Shown: in pieces, positions 44,342 to 52,083 of the stretch
Position numbering within the stretch: position 1 is the first letter of the stretch
Layout of the letters: each line of letters begins with the position of its first letter
Source of the DNA: a virus
Lineage: Duplodnaviria; Caudoviricetes
DNA length: 64,000 bases
Virus record (IMG/VR): IMGVR_UViG_2814123293_000008
Span: 1-64,000 of that record
Reading direction: 5' to 3' (one strand)
The notes under the pieces: generated by a model
What the model saw: only the letters and a program-made list of their open reading frames with translations
The model's database searches: none
Told to the model about the DNA's origin: nothing
Made by a program: the position numbers and the translations under genes

Positions 44342-44868
44342 GTTTTGTTCCATTCCTCCTTGTACCGGGCCAACTGTTCCGGTGTGTCGGTCTCGATACC
44401 CAGCTCCCGGGCGACCTCAACAGCGCCGTCAATCAGGCGGGCCATTTCCTTGCTGTCCATGAGATGCGTCTGCTTGTAGACCAAGTAGCACTTGAACAGC
44501 TTCCCGCCCTCCTCCCGGGTATCGAAGCACTTGACATAGGGGTAAATGGTGGAGACATCGACCGAGGCCGGGAGTTTGAAGCCGACCGTCAGCCCGTCCT
44601 CGTCCTTGGCCAGCGCGCCATATTCGCATACCAGCGAAGTCTTTGCGGACTCCTCGCTGCCTCCGCGCTCGGCGGCAATTTTGCTGACCAGGACGTGAAA
44701 GTAGGCGTTGGCCGAAAGGGAGCGGCGGTTGCGGTGTTTCTTGATTTCCACATCCAGCTCTGCGTCCTTCAAGCGGTCAAAGTCCTCTCGGAAGTCCCGA
44801 TCGACCTCCACCGTGATTCTCTGCTTGCGGTTCAGGCCGATGGCGAGGTCAATCAATCGTCCTCTCAT
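44338..44868 (-). CDS. NinB/Orf-like recombination mediator
   Basis: RSLSANAYFHVL, THLMDSKEMARLIDG..ELGI motifs. Confidence 0.7.
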   Translation of the reverse strand: MRGRLIDLAIGLNRKQRITVEVDRDFREDFDRLKDAELDVEIKKHRNRRSLSANAYFHVLVSKIAAERGGSEESAKTSLVCEYGALAKDEDGLTVGFKLPASVDVSTIYPYVKCFDTREEGGKLFKCYLVYKQTHLMDSKEMARLIDGAVEVARELGIETDTPEQLARYKEEWNKT

Positions 44869-45536
44869 TGCTCCGGCCCTGCTTCCTCAACGTCCTGATG
44901 GCAGTGCAGATAAACATACTGACCGCCTGGACCGATGTTCGCATATATGAAGTCGTCACACTTCGCCTTTGACAAGTGGTTGTGCAGTACCTGGTATTCA
45001 TAGGCGTATTCCTGATTCTCTTTTTTCTGGCGAATTTTCTCCCGGATAGCGTCATCCTCATAGTTGGCTTCAATCAGATAGAGGTCATAGCCCCTTGCTC
45101 TGATTCCGTTCAGGTTGTTGGTGTCCGTGGCATAGAATACTTTCCCTGTTGGAAAATGTACTTTATAGCCGCAATTCGGCACATTGTGCACCAGTAGAAC
45201 GGGAATGACGTTGCATAGGCCATATCCGTACATCACATCCGGCTCCAGCACATCAATGTTCCCCTTTCCAACCCCGGCTGCCACTAGTGGCTCCACAAGC
45301 CACCGGCAGCAGCCAAAGCGGAGCGTCGGCCGCTCGTACGCCAGCCTGCGGATTGTCGTCCGGTTGAAGTGGTCGGAATGAATGTGGGTCAGCAGCACCA
45401 GCTTCAAATCTCGGTAATAGTCACGGAGCGCCTTGAATGGTACGCCGCAGTCGATTAGGATAAATTGATTCAGCACAACGGCGTTTCCCTTGCTGCCAGT
45501 CGAAATGATTTCATAGGGAATATTCACACCGGCCAA
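44865..45536 (-). CDS. Metallo-beta-lactamase-fold nuclease
   Basis: STGSKGN, LTHIHSDH, HNV, YATDT, IEANY, HLS motifs; next to recT. Confidence 0.88.
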   Translation of the reverse strand: MAGVNIPYEIISTGSKGNAVVLNQFILIDCGVPFKALRDYYRDLKLVLLTHIHSDHFNRTTIRRLAYERPTLRFGCCRWLVEPLVAAGVGKGNIDVLEPDVMYGYGLCNVIPVLLVHNVPNCGYKVHFPTGKVFYATDTNNLNGIRARGYDLYLIEANYEDDAIREKIRQKKENQEYAYEYQVLHNHLSKAKCDDFIYANIGPGGQYVYLHCHQDVEEAGPEQ

Positions 45537-45552
45537 TCTCCTTTCGTGAGGA

Positions 45553-46515
45553 TTACAGCGTAGAGATGTCGACCTGCTCCACTACGTCCGACGCTTCCGG
45601 ACGCAGGTCATCGTTCAGCACATTTCCCGGGGGCATTTGCCGGTCAGGATTCTCCGGCGCGTCCAGTACCGGCTCGTCGGCGGGCGTGGTTACGAAGCCT
45701 TGCCCGGCATCCACTTCGACCAAAGATGCATCCCCGGCAAATGCCTGTTGCAACTCTGTAGACATGACGCCCCATCTGGAGATAAGCTGCCGCAGCATGG
45801 TCTTTTTCGCCATATCATCGAAGTTTTTGTACCAAAAGCTGCTGAACTTCCAAAGGTCCTTTTCCGGGATTTCGCCGGCGAGGAGGCGCTTGTACGCCTG
45901 TGCGGAGAATGCGGGGGAAAAGCTGTCAGCGTGGGTCATCATCTTTTCCTTGCTCCAGTAAATCGCCTTGCGGAAGCCGTTCACATACTCGAACATGGCA
46001 TAGTACCCCGTGGTTTCCGCCTGCTCGCGCTTCTCAAAGTCCTCAATCAAACGGCATTCGATTTCCTCGTTGAGCGGGTCGAAGTGTACCAACTCGCCCT
46101 CTTTGATTTCAATGACATTCAGCTTTTGGTAGTAGCCGCTACGGATTGCCAGCTGGATATACCCCTTATAGCCAAGGACAAACTGAGCCTTGTAGCATTC
46201 CGGGGCAATCATATTGCCCTGTCGGTCGTACTTGGCTTTCTGCTTAAACGGAACGAGGTAATACTGCCCAAGCTGGGGAGAGGGGGAGAGATTCAGGCTT
46301 TCCCCGAGCAGCCCTCCGGCAAGAATGCTTCCGGCTTCACAGGTCTGAAGCTGCGGATTGACGGCTACCGCCGAAGTGATGGCGGCTACAAACCTCTTTG
46401 CCCGGTCAGGGTCGCCCAGCGTATTGTTAATCAGGCTTTGATAGCCTTTGGTGGTTATTGCAACGCTGAACTTTGGCTGCTGCTGCGTGGACTGGAGCTG
46501 TGTGGAATTACTCAT
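45553..46515 (-). CDS. recT: RecT/Redbeta-like single-strand annealing protein
   Basis: LSPSPQLGQYYLVPF, AQFVLGYKGYIQLAIRSG, MAKKTMLRQL motifs. Confidence 0.92.
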   Translation of the reverse strand: MSNSTQLQSTQQQPKFSVAITTKGYQSLINNTLGDPDRAKRFVAAITSAVAVNPQLQTCEAGSILAGGLLGESLNLSPSPQLGQYYLVPFKQKAKYDRQGNMIAPECYKAQFVLGYKGYIQLAIRSGYYQKLNVIEIKEGELVHFDPLNEEIECRLIEDFEKREQAETTGYYAMFEYVNGFRKAIYWSKEKMMTHADSFSPAFSAQAYKRLLAGEIPEKDLWKFSSFWYKNFDDMAKKTMLRQLISRWGVMSTELQQAFAGDASLVEVDAGQGFVTTPADEPVLDAPENPDRQMPPGNVLNDDLRPEASDVVEQVDISTL

Positions 46516-47398
46516 AGTCAAAACCCCCATCAGTTAAGAATTGCTTGACCTGCTTCAGCCGGTCTATGGTGCCCCTGACGGTGAACGTCATGGCGTAAAT
46601 TTTCGTCGAATCGCCAAGCGGCGCTGCCGCTGAATCCCGTCCGGGCATCTCGGATTCTGGCGCCGGAGCAGCGACGGGGGGAGCCATCGGAGAAGTAGCC
46701 GCTCGGGTTTCCCGCACAATATCTTCCACCCGCATCTGTGCCTGCTTGCGATTTGCGCGCTCAACCTCGGCAGCCTCTCTGCGCTGGCGTTCCTCGTCAA
46801 TGGCGGCGTGACGCTGAATAGCGAAGGTTACCGCCTGAGATGCATTCAGTGTCTTTTTGTACTCGGCCAGAATCTCGTCCTTGAACTCCTGTGTACCAAT
46901 CATCGCCAGATCATCCATGACCCGGTCCAAATACGCCTGTGCCTTTTCTTTCAGCGATTTTTTGGATGACGTCATTGTTATGGCAATGCCGGAATTTTCA
47001 AATGAGACGAAATCAATGCCAAGGCTTGATTTGTATTCGTCGAAGAACGCGCGGACTTCATCTTCTTTTTGCTTTTTCAGGCCGTCCTCCACCTCGGAGA
47101 TTTTGGCTTTCAGGTCGGCGTCAGCGTCCTTGAATTTGTCGGTGACGCACGCTTTATAGATGGCCTCAAAACTGGAATAGGGGTCCATCACAGCCTTTTT
47201 TACGGCAATGCGCTGGGCTTCCAACTCCTTGAACTGGGCGGACAGTTCAGCGCGGGTTCGCTTAACGTCCTTGTAAGTGTCCTCCGTGCAGACGAGGCTT
47301 TTGGCATCGGTGACTCTCTTGTCAATTTCAGATGCCAGCGCGCGAAGATGCTCCTCGATGATGGGGAGCTGCTTGACAATAATCAGCTCATTCGACAT
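46508..47398 (-). CDS. DUF1351-like coiled-coil protein
   Basis: VKQLPIIEEHL, VKRTRAEL, coiled coil, TVRGTIDRLKQVKQFL. Confidence 0.7.
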   Translation of the reverse strand: MSNELIIVKQLPIIEEHLRALASEIDKRVTDAKSLVCTEDTYKDVKRTRAELSAQFKELEAQRIAVKKAVMDPYSSFEAIYKACVTDKFKDADADLKAKISEVEDGLKKQKEDEVRAFFDEYKSSLGIDFVSFENSGIAITMTSSKKSLKEKAQAYLDRVMDDLAMIGTQEFKDEILAEYKKTLNASQAVTFAIQRHAAIDEERQRREAAEVERANRKQAQMRVEDIVRETRAATSPMAPPVAAPAPESEMPGRDSAAAPLGDSTKIYAMTFTVRGTIDRLKQVKQFLTDGGFDYE

Positions 47399-47630
47399 AC
47401 ATCTGCTCCTCCTTCCGCTGGGTGATAGTTTTCAGCAGGGGCATAATGCGTTCATCAACCCTGCTCTCAGGGACGTTGATTTCAACGATAACTGCCTCGT
47501 TCTCGCCGGTGGCCGTAGGGGCGATTACCTTGTCTCCCGGCTGGATGTCGGGAATATCGCACAGGTAGCTATAAGCCCTACCCCGAAACTGGCCCGTCTT
47601 GGAATCCCGGTAGTTGACACTGACAATCAT
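47388..47630 (-). CDS. Hypothetical protein
   Basis: 80-aa ORF with AAAGGAG RBS. Confidence 0.65.
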   Translation of the reverse strand: MIVSVNYRDSKTGQFRGRAYSYLCDIPDIQPGDKVIAPTATGENEAVIVEINVPESRVDERIMPLLKTITQRKEEQMYVE

Positions 47631-47642
47631 AAAAAGCTCCTT

Positions 47643-47900
47643 TCAGTTGGTAACGGCTTCGCGCCGCAGGGTGATGATTTCGTGACACCGGAAGCCAAAA
47701 TTATCTCGCCGATACATCTCGGTCAGCTTGAAGTGAGCCTCGTCGTACACGCTGGAACAGTTCAAGAGGCCCTCGGTCTTGTCCGGGTGGTAGGCTCTGA
47801 ACGCAGCACAGGCCGCGTGGCCATCCGGGGCCTCGACCTCCGTCCAGCCGCCGACAAACGGCTGGCCCTCGGCGCCGTAGGTGAAATAGAATTTAGGCAT
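47643..47900 (-). CDS. Hypothetical protein
   Basis: MPKFYFTYG.. after AAGGAG. Confidence 0.65.
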   Translation of the reverse strand: MPKFYFTYGAEGQPFVGGWTEVEAPDGHAACAAFRAYHPDKTEGLLNCSSVYDEAHFKLTEMYRRDNFGFRCHEIITLRREAVTN

Positions 47901-48117
47901 CTTCGCTCCTTTCAGGGAAGCAGTCTTCAACTTCCCATGCGTCCTTGGTTTCCATGCACACGTCGCAGCCGACGTATGCACCGTATCGGTCTTTGTAGAC
48001 GGTTTCGCACTCCTCGCCGCAGATGGGGCAACGGGGGCAGCGGGGCTCCTTTCCGTCCGGATAGCCGGTGCGCTCCAGGTTTTGCACGACCGGGTGATCC
48101 GGCAGGTCATAGTTCAC
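47893..48117 (-). CDS. Zn-ribbon hypothetical protein
   Basis: CPICGEEC...GCDVC. Confidence 0.65.
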   Translation of the reverse strand: MNYDLPDHPVVQNLERTGYPDGKEPRCPRCPICGEECETVYKDRYGAYVGCDVCMETKDAWEVEDCFPERSEDA

Positions 48118-48488
48118 GCTTCCACCTCCCCGGCAAGATACCGGCGCACCAGGGCGGTCATGAGCTCCTGGGCAGTGGCATATCCATCGGCTTTCATGCG
48201 CTGTTGCAACGCCTCCATATCGGCGTCCTCCAGGCGGCAGGTGATACGGCCCGTCAGCCGGTGGCGGTCTTTCTTCCGCCGGCTGGCCTTGGTGCCACCA
48301 GGGGCGAACTTCTCATACAGCGCCTTCATGGCGTCCGGCCGGAGGGAGATCCCGTAGTCATCGCCGTTCTCGCACTTGCTCTGCATGGTCTTGTCGTACT
48401 TGGGATAGAGCCCCTGGACGACGGCCACCATGTCGCGGGCCGGTAGGCCCAGCTCAATGCGAAGACTTCTCAGTTCATTGTCCGGCAT
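48114..48488 (-). CDS. XRE-like HTH plus ribbon-helix-like protein
   Basis: NELRSLRIELGL...QSKCEN; second segment RITCRL. Confidence 0.65.
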   Translation of the reverse strand: MPDNELRSLRIELGLPARDMVAVVQGLYPKYDKTMQSKCENGDDYGISLRPDAMKALYEKFAPGGTKASRRKKDRHRLTGRITCRLEDADMEALQQRMKADGYATAQELMTALVRRYLAGEVEA

Positions 48489-48664
48489 GGCATTACCTCC
48501 AGCCCTTGACTTCCAGCCGACGGGCTGATAGACTGGGTTTGTGTCCATTTGCGTGAGGTCGTTCCCGTGGCAGCGGGGGCGGCCTCTTTTTCTACTTCCC
48601 GGCAGTCACAGGGCTCGCCGGGGTCGAGATGCGCCCCACAGCGGGGGCATTCCCTGAAATACAT
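48470..48664 (-). CDS. Small Zn-finger protein
   Basis: CPRCGAHLDPGEPCDC; GGAGGT RBS. Confidence 0.65.
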   Translation of the reverse strand: MYFRECPRCGAHLDPGEPCDCREVEKEAAPAATGTTSRKWTQTQSISPSAGSQGLEVMPCRTMN

Positions 48665-48675
48665 AGGTACCTCCC

Positions 48676-48951
48676 TCAAACCTTCTTCGCTGGGGGGGTC
48701 TTGGTCTTGATAATGCACACAAACCGGTCGGCGCGGTACATATCGAAAACTTCCTGCAGCTTGTTGGCGTTTCGGAAGTTCCGCAGGCTGTCATACCGCT
48801 TCTTGGCCTCCTTGGCGTCATTGTACTCGAAGACCATATTTCGCTGTCGTCCATCTGCCAGGAAGGACTTCAAGGCAGTCACTTCCTCGCTTTCCTTCCT
48901 GTTGCCTCGTTTCCGCTCAGGAAGGTGCTCTACGTTATAGGCGATTTTCAT
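48676..48951 (-). CDS. Hypothetical protein
   Basis: 91-aa ORF with GGAGGG RBS. Confidence 0.65.
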   Translation of the reverse strand: MKIAYNVEHLPERKRGNRKESEEVTALKSFLADGRQRNMVFEYNDAKEAKKRYDSLRNFRNANKLQEVFDMYRADRFVCIIKTKTPPAKKV

Positions 48952-48961
48952 TTCATCCCTC

Positions 48962-49342
48962 CTATGCCGAGTAGACCAGGTGCTCCTCGGTGATAATGTC
49001 CGCCCAGGTCATCCCATCTGTTCCCGGGATGGGGTCATCCAGGCTGACAGTCTTAATTCTGCGGGCCTGCTTCCGCTTTTCGTTTGAGACGGCCGACCGC
49101 ATGGACGCCCAGGCGATGGTGGAAAATTCGTACTGGTACAAGTCCGGGCGACTAAACCACTTTTTGACGGCCAGCAGGAGCCCAAGGGCAACGACATCGC
49201 AGTATTCGTCTTTTGGCAAAGACCGCTGTGCTATGTACTTGTCAATCATCTGGTAGTGGCGCATCGCCACAGCCTGCTCGGCCGGTGACAGCTGGCTTAG
49301 GCGCTGTCGTTTCATGCCCCCCGCGATTTTCTGGCCCATCAT
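48962..49342 (-). CDS. Truncated sigma-70-like protein (regions 2-3 only)
   Basis: DVVALGLLLAVKKW...FSTIAWASMRSAV..EKRKQ...VSLDDPI resembles sigma regions 2.2-3.2; no region 4. Confidence 0.65.
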   Translation of the reverse strand: MMGQKIAGGMKRQRLSQLSPAEQAVAMRHYQMIDKYIAQRSLPKDEYCDVVALGLLLAVKKWFSRPDLYQYEFSTIAWASMRSAVSNEKRKQARRIKTVSLDDPIPGTDGMTWADIITEEHLVYSA

Positions 49343-49345
49343 CCG

Positions 49346-49591
49346 TCAGCTCCTCTCGGAAAACTCATGGATGCAGGCCCCGCAGAGGGAAACCCCGTTG
49401 AACTCGACCAGATCCTCCGACGACCCGCAGCAGATACACCCGGGTTTATAGGGGCGGATAAGGATTCCGTCCTCCGTCGTGAAAATCTCCATCGGGTCCT
49501 CTTCCTTGATTCCGGGGGTGCGGCGCAGCTCCATCGGGATCACCAGGCGCCCTAAGCTATCCACCCTCCGCACGATTCCGGTTGCTTTCAC
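49346..49591 (-). CDS. AbrB/MazE/SpoVT-family regulator
   Basis: KATGIVRRVDSLGRLVIPMELRR, with C-terminal CICC..LCGAC. Confidence 0.9.
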   Translation of the reverse strand: MKATGIVRRVDSLGRLVIPMELRRTPGIKEEDPMEIFTTEDGILIRPYKPGCICCGSSEDLVEFNGVSLCGACIHEFSERS

Positions 49592-49618
49592 AGAAATCAG
49601 CTCCTTTCCATTGCCCGG

Positions 49619-49846
49619 CTACGCTCGCTTAACTTGGCGCAGCGCCCGGGCTACTTTCATGTCCGGCCGTGCCGGGTGCGTCGCGCGGGCCAGATACTCG
49701 ACCAGCGCCTCTTCGGTAATCCAGACCTTTCCTCCGGGCTTACGCTGTATGTAGGCCAGGTGGCCGCTGCTCCGCTCGGCGTCTAAGGTCATTACCGTAA
49801 TGCCAAGCCGCGCAGCCGCCTCTTTCCGGGTCAACAGGTTTGGCAT
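49619..49846 (-). CDS. Excisionase-like HTH protein
   Basis: LLTRKEAAARLGIT...G.V.ITEEALVEYL. Confidence 0.75.
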   Translation of the reverse strand: MPNLLTRKEAAARLGITVMTLDAERSSGHLAYIQRKPGGKVWITEEALVEYLARATHPARPDMKVARALRQVKRA

Positions 49847-49921
49847 CTGATTACCTCCTTTCGCCATCCTTGCCTGCCCCATCTTTCCGTGATAAAATCC
49901 ATTGTGAAAGGAGGCGATAGG

Positions 49922-50200
49922 ATGGACTTCAAAATTGAGCTCTTATGCAGTAAATGCAAGTGCTCTTGTGAATTGCGGCCAGAGGAATTCAAAGCGCGCA
50001 CATCCATGGAGTGCCCGAATTGCGGTCAGGCGCTTCCGGCGGATGTTTACAACGACTTGAAAGCTGGGGTCGAGGCCCTTGGGAGGGTCCCGGAACGCAT
50101 CAGCGAGAATGCCACAAATCCATTTTCCGAAGATCTCTTTACGGTGCGTGTAAAAAGCTTCGGCACTCTTCACAACCTTCTGGATAACCGCCAAAACTAA
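49922..50200 (+). CDS. Inverted Zn-ribbon protein within the early operon
   Basis: TGaTAAAAT extended -10 at 49890-49898; AGGAGG RBS; CSKC and CPNC. Confidence 0.7.
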   Translation: MDFKIELLCSKCKCSCELRPEEFKARTSMECPNCGQALPADVYNDLKAGVEALGRVPERISENATNPFSEDLFTVRVKSFGTLHNLLDNRQN

Positions 50201-50406
50201 ATCTTTGCCCTGCGTAGACGGCCTTTCGCTACCTCAAGCAATAGCTCTGCTTGCTGGAACGAGAGGCCGTTATTTACAAGCAAGCCACAGATTTCGTTTG
50301 GGATAGTCTTCAGCTTTTCGGTCGGAATTCCAGCCAGGATCTGTTCGGGTTGCTCCTTGTTGATAGCAGCCACAGCCTTCTCTAACGCTTCGCACATTTT
50401 CTTCAC
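50197..50406 (-). CDS. Hypothetical protein
   Basis: 69-aa ORF with AGGAGGT RBS. Confidence 0.6.
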   Translation of the reverse strand: MKKMCEALEKAVAAINKEQPEQILAGIPTEKLKTIPNEICGLLVNNGLSFQQAELLLEVAKGRLRRAKI

Positions 50407-50603
50407 CTCCTTTTTGACAGGCGCATTCTTCGTAAAAAAGTCACTCCAAAGTAGTTCGCCATTTTAATTTTCACGGAATCTTTTGGGACGCGCCGGTTTG
50501 TTTCGTACATTCTGAGGGAGGATGCGGAGATACCAAGCTCGCTTGCTACCTCGTCTCCGCTTCTGCCCCCGCGCAATTTTTTAAGCCGCCTACCAAGGTT
50601 CAT
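50403..50603 (-). CDS. XRE-family HTH protein
   Basis: GRRLKKLR..EVASELGISASSLRMYETNRRVP. Confidence 0.8.
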   Translation of the reverse strand: MNLGRRLKKLRGGRSGDEVASELGISASSLRMYETNRRVPKDSVKIKMANYFGVTFLRRMRLSKRR

Positions 50604-50636
50604 AAAATCATCTCCTTTCCTCGATTGTGTAGTCGG

Positions 50637-50837
50637 TTAAACAGTTTCAGTAAAAAAAATACGGTCTACGCTTGTGTTGAGTGCCTGGGCGAGCTTCAGC
50701 AAGGTTTTGCTGGTTGTGTTCCGCATGGAGCCGTTCTCCAGCGCGGAAATTGTACCACGGCTGACACCACTTTTGTCGGCAAGCTCCTCCTGGGTCATCT
50801 TCATGGCTTCACGAAGCTCTCGGATTCTGTACCCCAT
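50637..50837 (-). CDS. Cro-like repressor
   Basis: RIRELRE..MTQEELADKSGVSRGTISALENG; divergent from cI. Confidence 0.88.
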   Translation of the reverse strand: MGYRIRELREAMKMTQEELADKSGVSRGTISALENGSMRNTTSKTLLKLAQALNTSVDRIFFTETV

Positions 50838-50890
50838 AGCTGCCCCCTCCTTTCTGAAAAATCGCGGTGTGTTTAACCGGCTGCACAGAC

Positions 50891-50919
50891 ATAGTACACC
50901 AGGACGCAGGGCCTGTCAA
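50891..50919 (-). promoter_or_regulatory. Lytic (cro) promoter
   Basis: TTGACA-17 bp-TACTAT on the minus strand. Confidence 0.8.
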
Positions 50920-50960
50920 GTGAGTTACACAAATTTTGCTCAATAAATTTCACACTTTTA

Positions 50961-50989
50961 TTGACAGCCCTCATGTGCGCGTGTATAAT
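50961..50989 (+). promoter_or_regulatory. Repressor (cI) promoter
   Basis: Perfect TTGACA-17 bp-TATAAT. Confidence 0.85.
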
Positions 50990-51018
50990 AGATTAAACAA
51001 AAACAGGGGGTCAAAGTT

Positions 51019-51417
51019 ATGACACTGAGCGATTTGGTGCAGGAATACCGCAGGGAGCACGGCCTGTCCCAGCGTCAATTTGCTTCCATCTGCGGCCTGT
51101 CGAATGGCTACATCTCCATGCTGGAGCGGAATGTCAACCCCAAAACTGGCCAGCCGGTAACTCCATCGCTCCCCGCCTTGAAGAAGATTGCGGACGGAAT
51201 GAGCATCACGTTAACCGATCTTTTTACCCGCACTGACGACATCCCCGTCGATTTGCTAACAGAGGGCCTGGATGAAACAACGCCCGCCCCCAAAGCAGGG
51301 AGCGGGCGTTGTGGCCTCGACAATGAGTTGGCAGCTATTCTTCTCGAACTGACGCCTGAGAAGAAGCGGGAGGCGTTGAGCTATCTGCGGTACCTCGCAG
51401 AGAGCGCAGATAAATAA
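51019..51417 (+). CDS. CI-like XRE repressor without S24 peptidase domain
   Basis: LSQRQFASICGLSNGYISMLE HTH; short helical C-terminus. Confidence 0.88.
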   Translation: MTLSDLVQEYRREHGLSQRQFASICGLSNGYISMLERNVNPKTGQPVTPSLPALKKIADGMSITLTDLFTRTDDIPVDLLTEGLDETTPAPKAGSGRCGLDNELAAILLELTPEKKREALSYLRYLAESADK

Positions 51418-51490
51418 TCAGTCGCCCTTTTTGAGCAACCGACAGCTTTGACAGCATGGCTTCTATTTCCTGTCGCTCTTTTGATTTCAT
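51335..51490 (-). CDS. Unannotated 51-aa antisense ORF overlapping the cI 3' end (candidate antirepressor)
   Basis: ATG at 51490, AAGGAG RBS 8 nt upstream, TGcTATAAT extended -10 at 51534-51542; MKSKERQEIEAMLSKLSVAQKGRLIIYLRSLRGTADSSTPPASSQASVREE. Confidence 0.65.
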   Translation of the reverse strand: MKSKERQEIEAMLSKLSVAQKGRLIIYLRSLRGTADSSTPPASSQASVREE

Positions 51491-51641
51491 TTCCTCAGCT
51501 CCTTATCGAAAAGTAGCTGCCGGCAGTGGCACCATTATAGCAAAGGTCAGTAGATTTTTGCTGGAAAAGATAAAAAATCACTTTCGACATACTTCGGCAC
51601 GAAAACGCTGTATATTGGAAAATATGTGAAAGGGGATCGCT

Positions 51642-51899
51642 ATGATTATTACTACATCCTTTACCGTAGAGGGGCGCCCTGTCATTGAGTACCTGGGTAT
51701 CGTTTCCGCCGCTCAGGTCATGGCTCTGCCTGGGGGGAACAAGGGGGTGCAGCGTGGGTGGCAGACAGGCGTAGAAGGGGCCGTTGCCGTCCTTCAGCAG
51801 CAGGCCGCAGAATTAGGGGCCGATGCCGTCATCGCCGCCCGCTTTGAACCATTCGGATCCAATATCTGCGCCACGGGGACGGCCGTTCGGCTCGGCTGA
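51642..51899 (+). CDS. YbjQ/UPF0145-like protein
   Basis: IITTSFTVEGRPVIEYLGIV...AAELGADAVI..RF...ATGTAV. Confidence 0.8.
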   Translation: MIITTSFTVEGRPVIEYLGIVSAAQVMALPGGNKGVQRGWQTGVEGAVAVLQQQAAELGADAVIAARFEPFGSNICATGTAVRLG

Positions 51900-52067
51900 T
51901 ACCCTATCCATGCTTTTGCGGATACGGTATGGATAGGGTATCAATAGGGTATGGATACTCGCGCGCGTGCGCGCGCGACGCGCCTATATCTACTTTCTAT
52001 TCTATCTTAAGACTAAGTCTGTATTTAATCTTCTGGTTATTCTGTCTTAGGAAAGCTACCAATAGAA
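51898..52067. repeat. Origin-like locus: 14-bp inverted repeat, 11-bp tandem iterons, (CG)n run, AT-rich tract
   Basis: GATACCCTATCCAT/ATGGATAGGGTATC; GGATACGGTAT-GGATAGGGTAT-CAATAGGGTAT-GGATAC at 51920-51958; CG run 51960-51983; AT-rich from about 51985. Confidence 0.7.
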
Positions 52068-52083
52068 GAAGGGGGGCGGTGGC

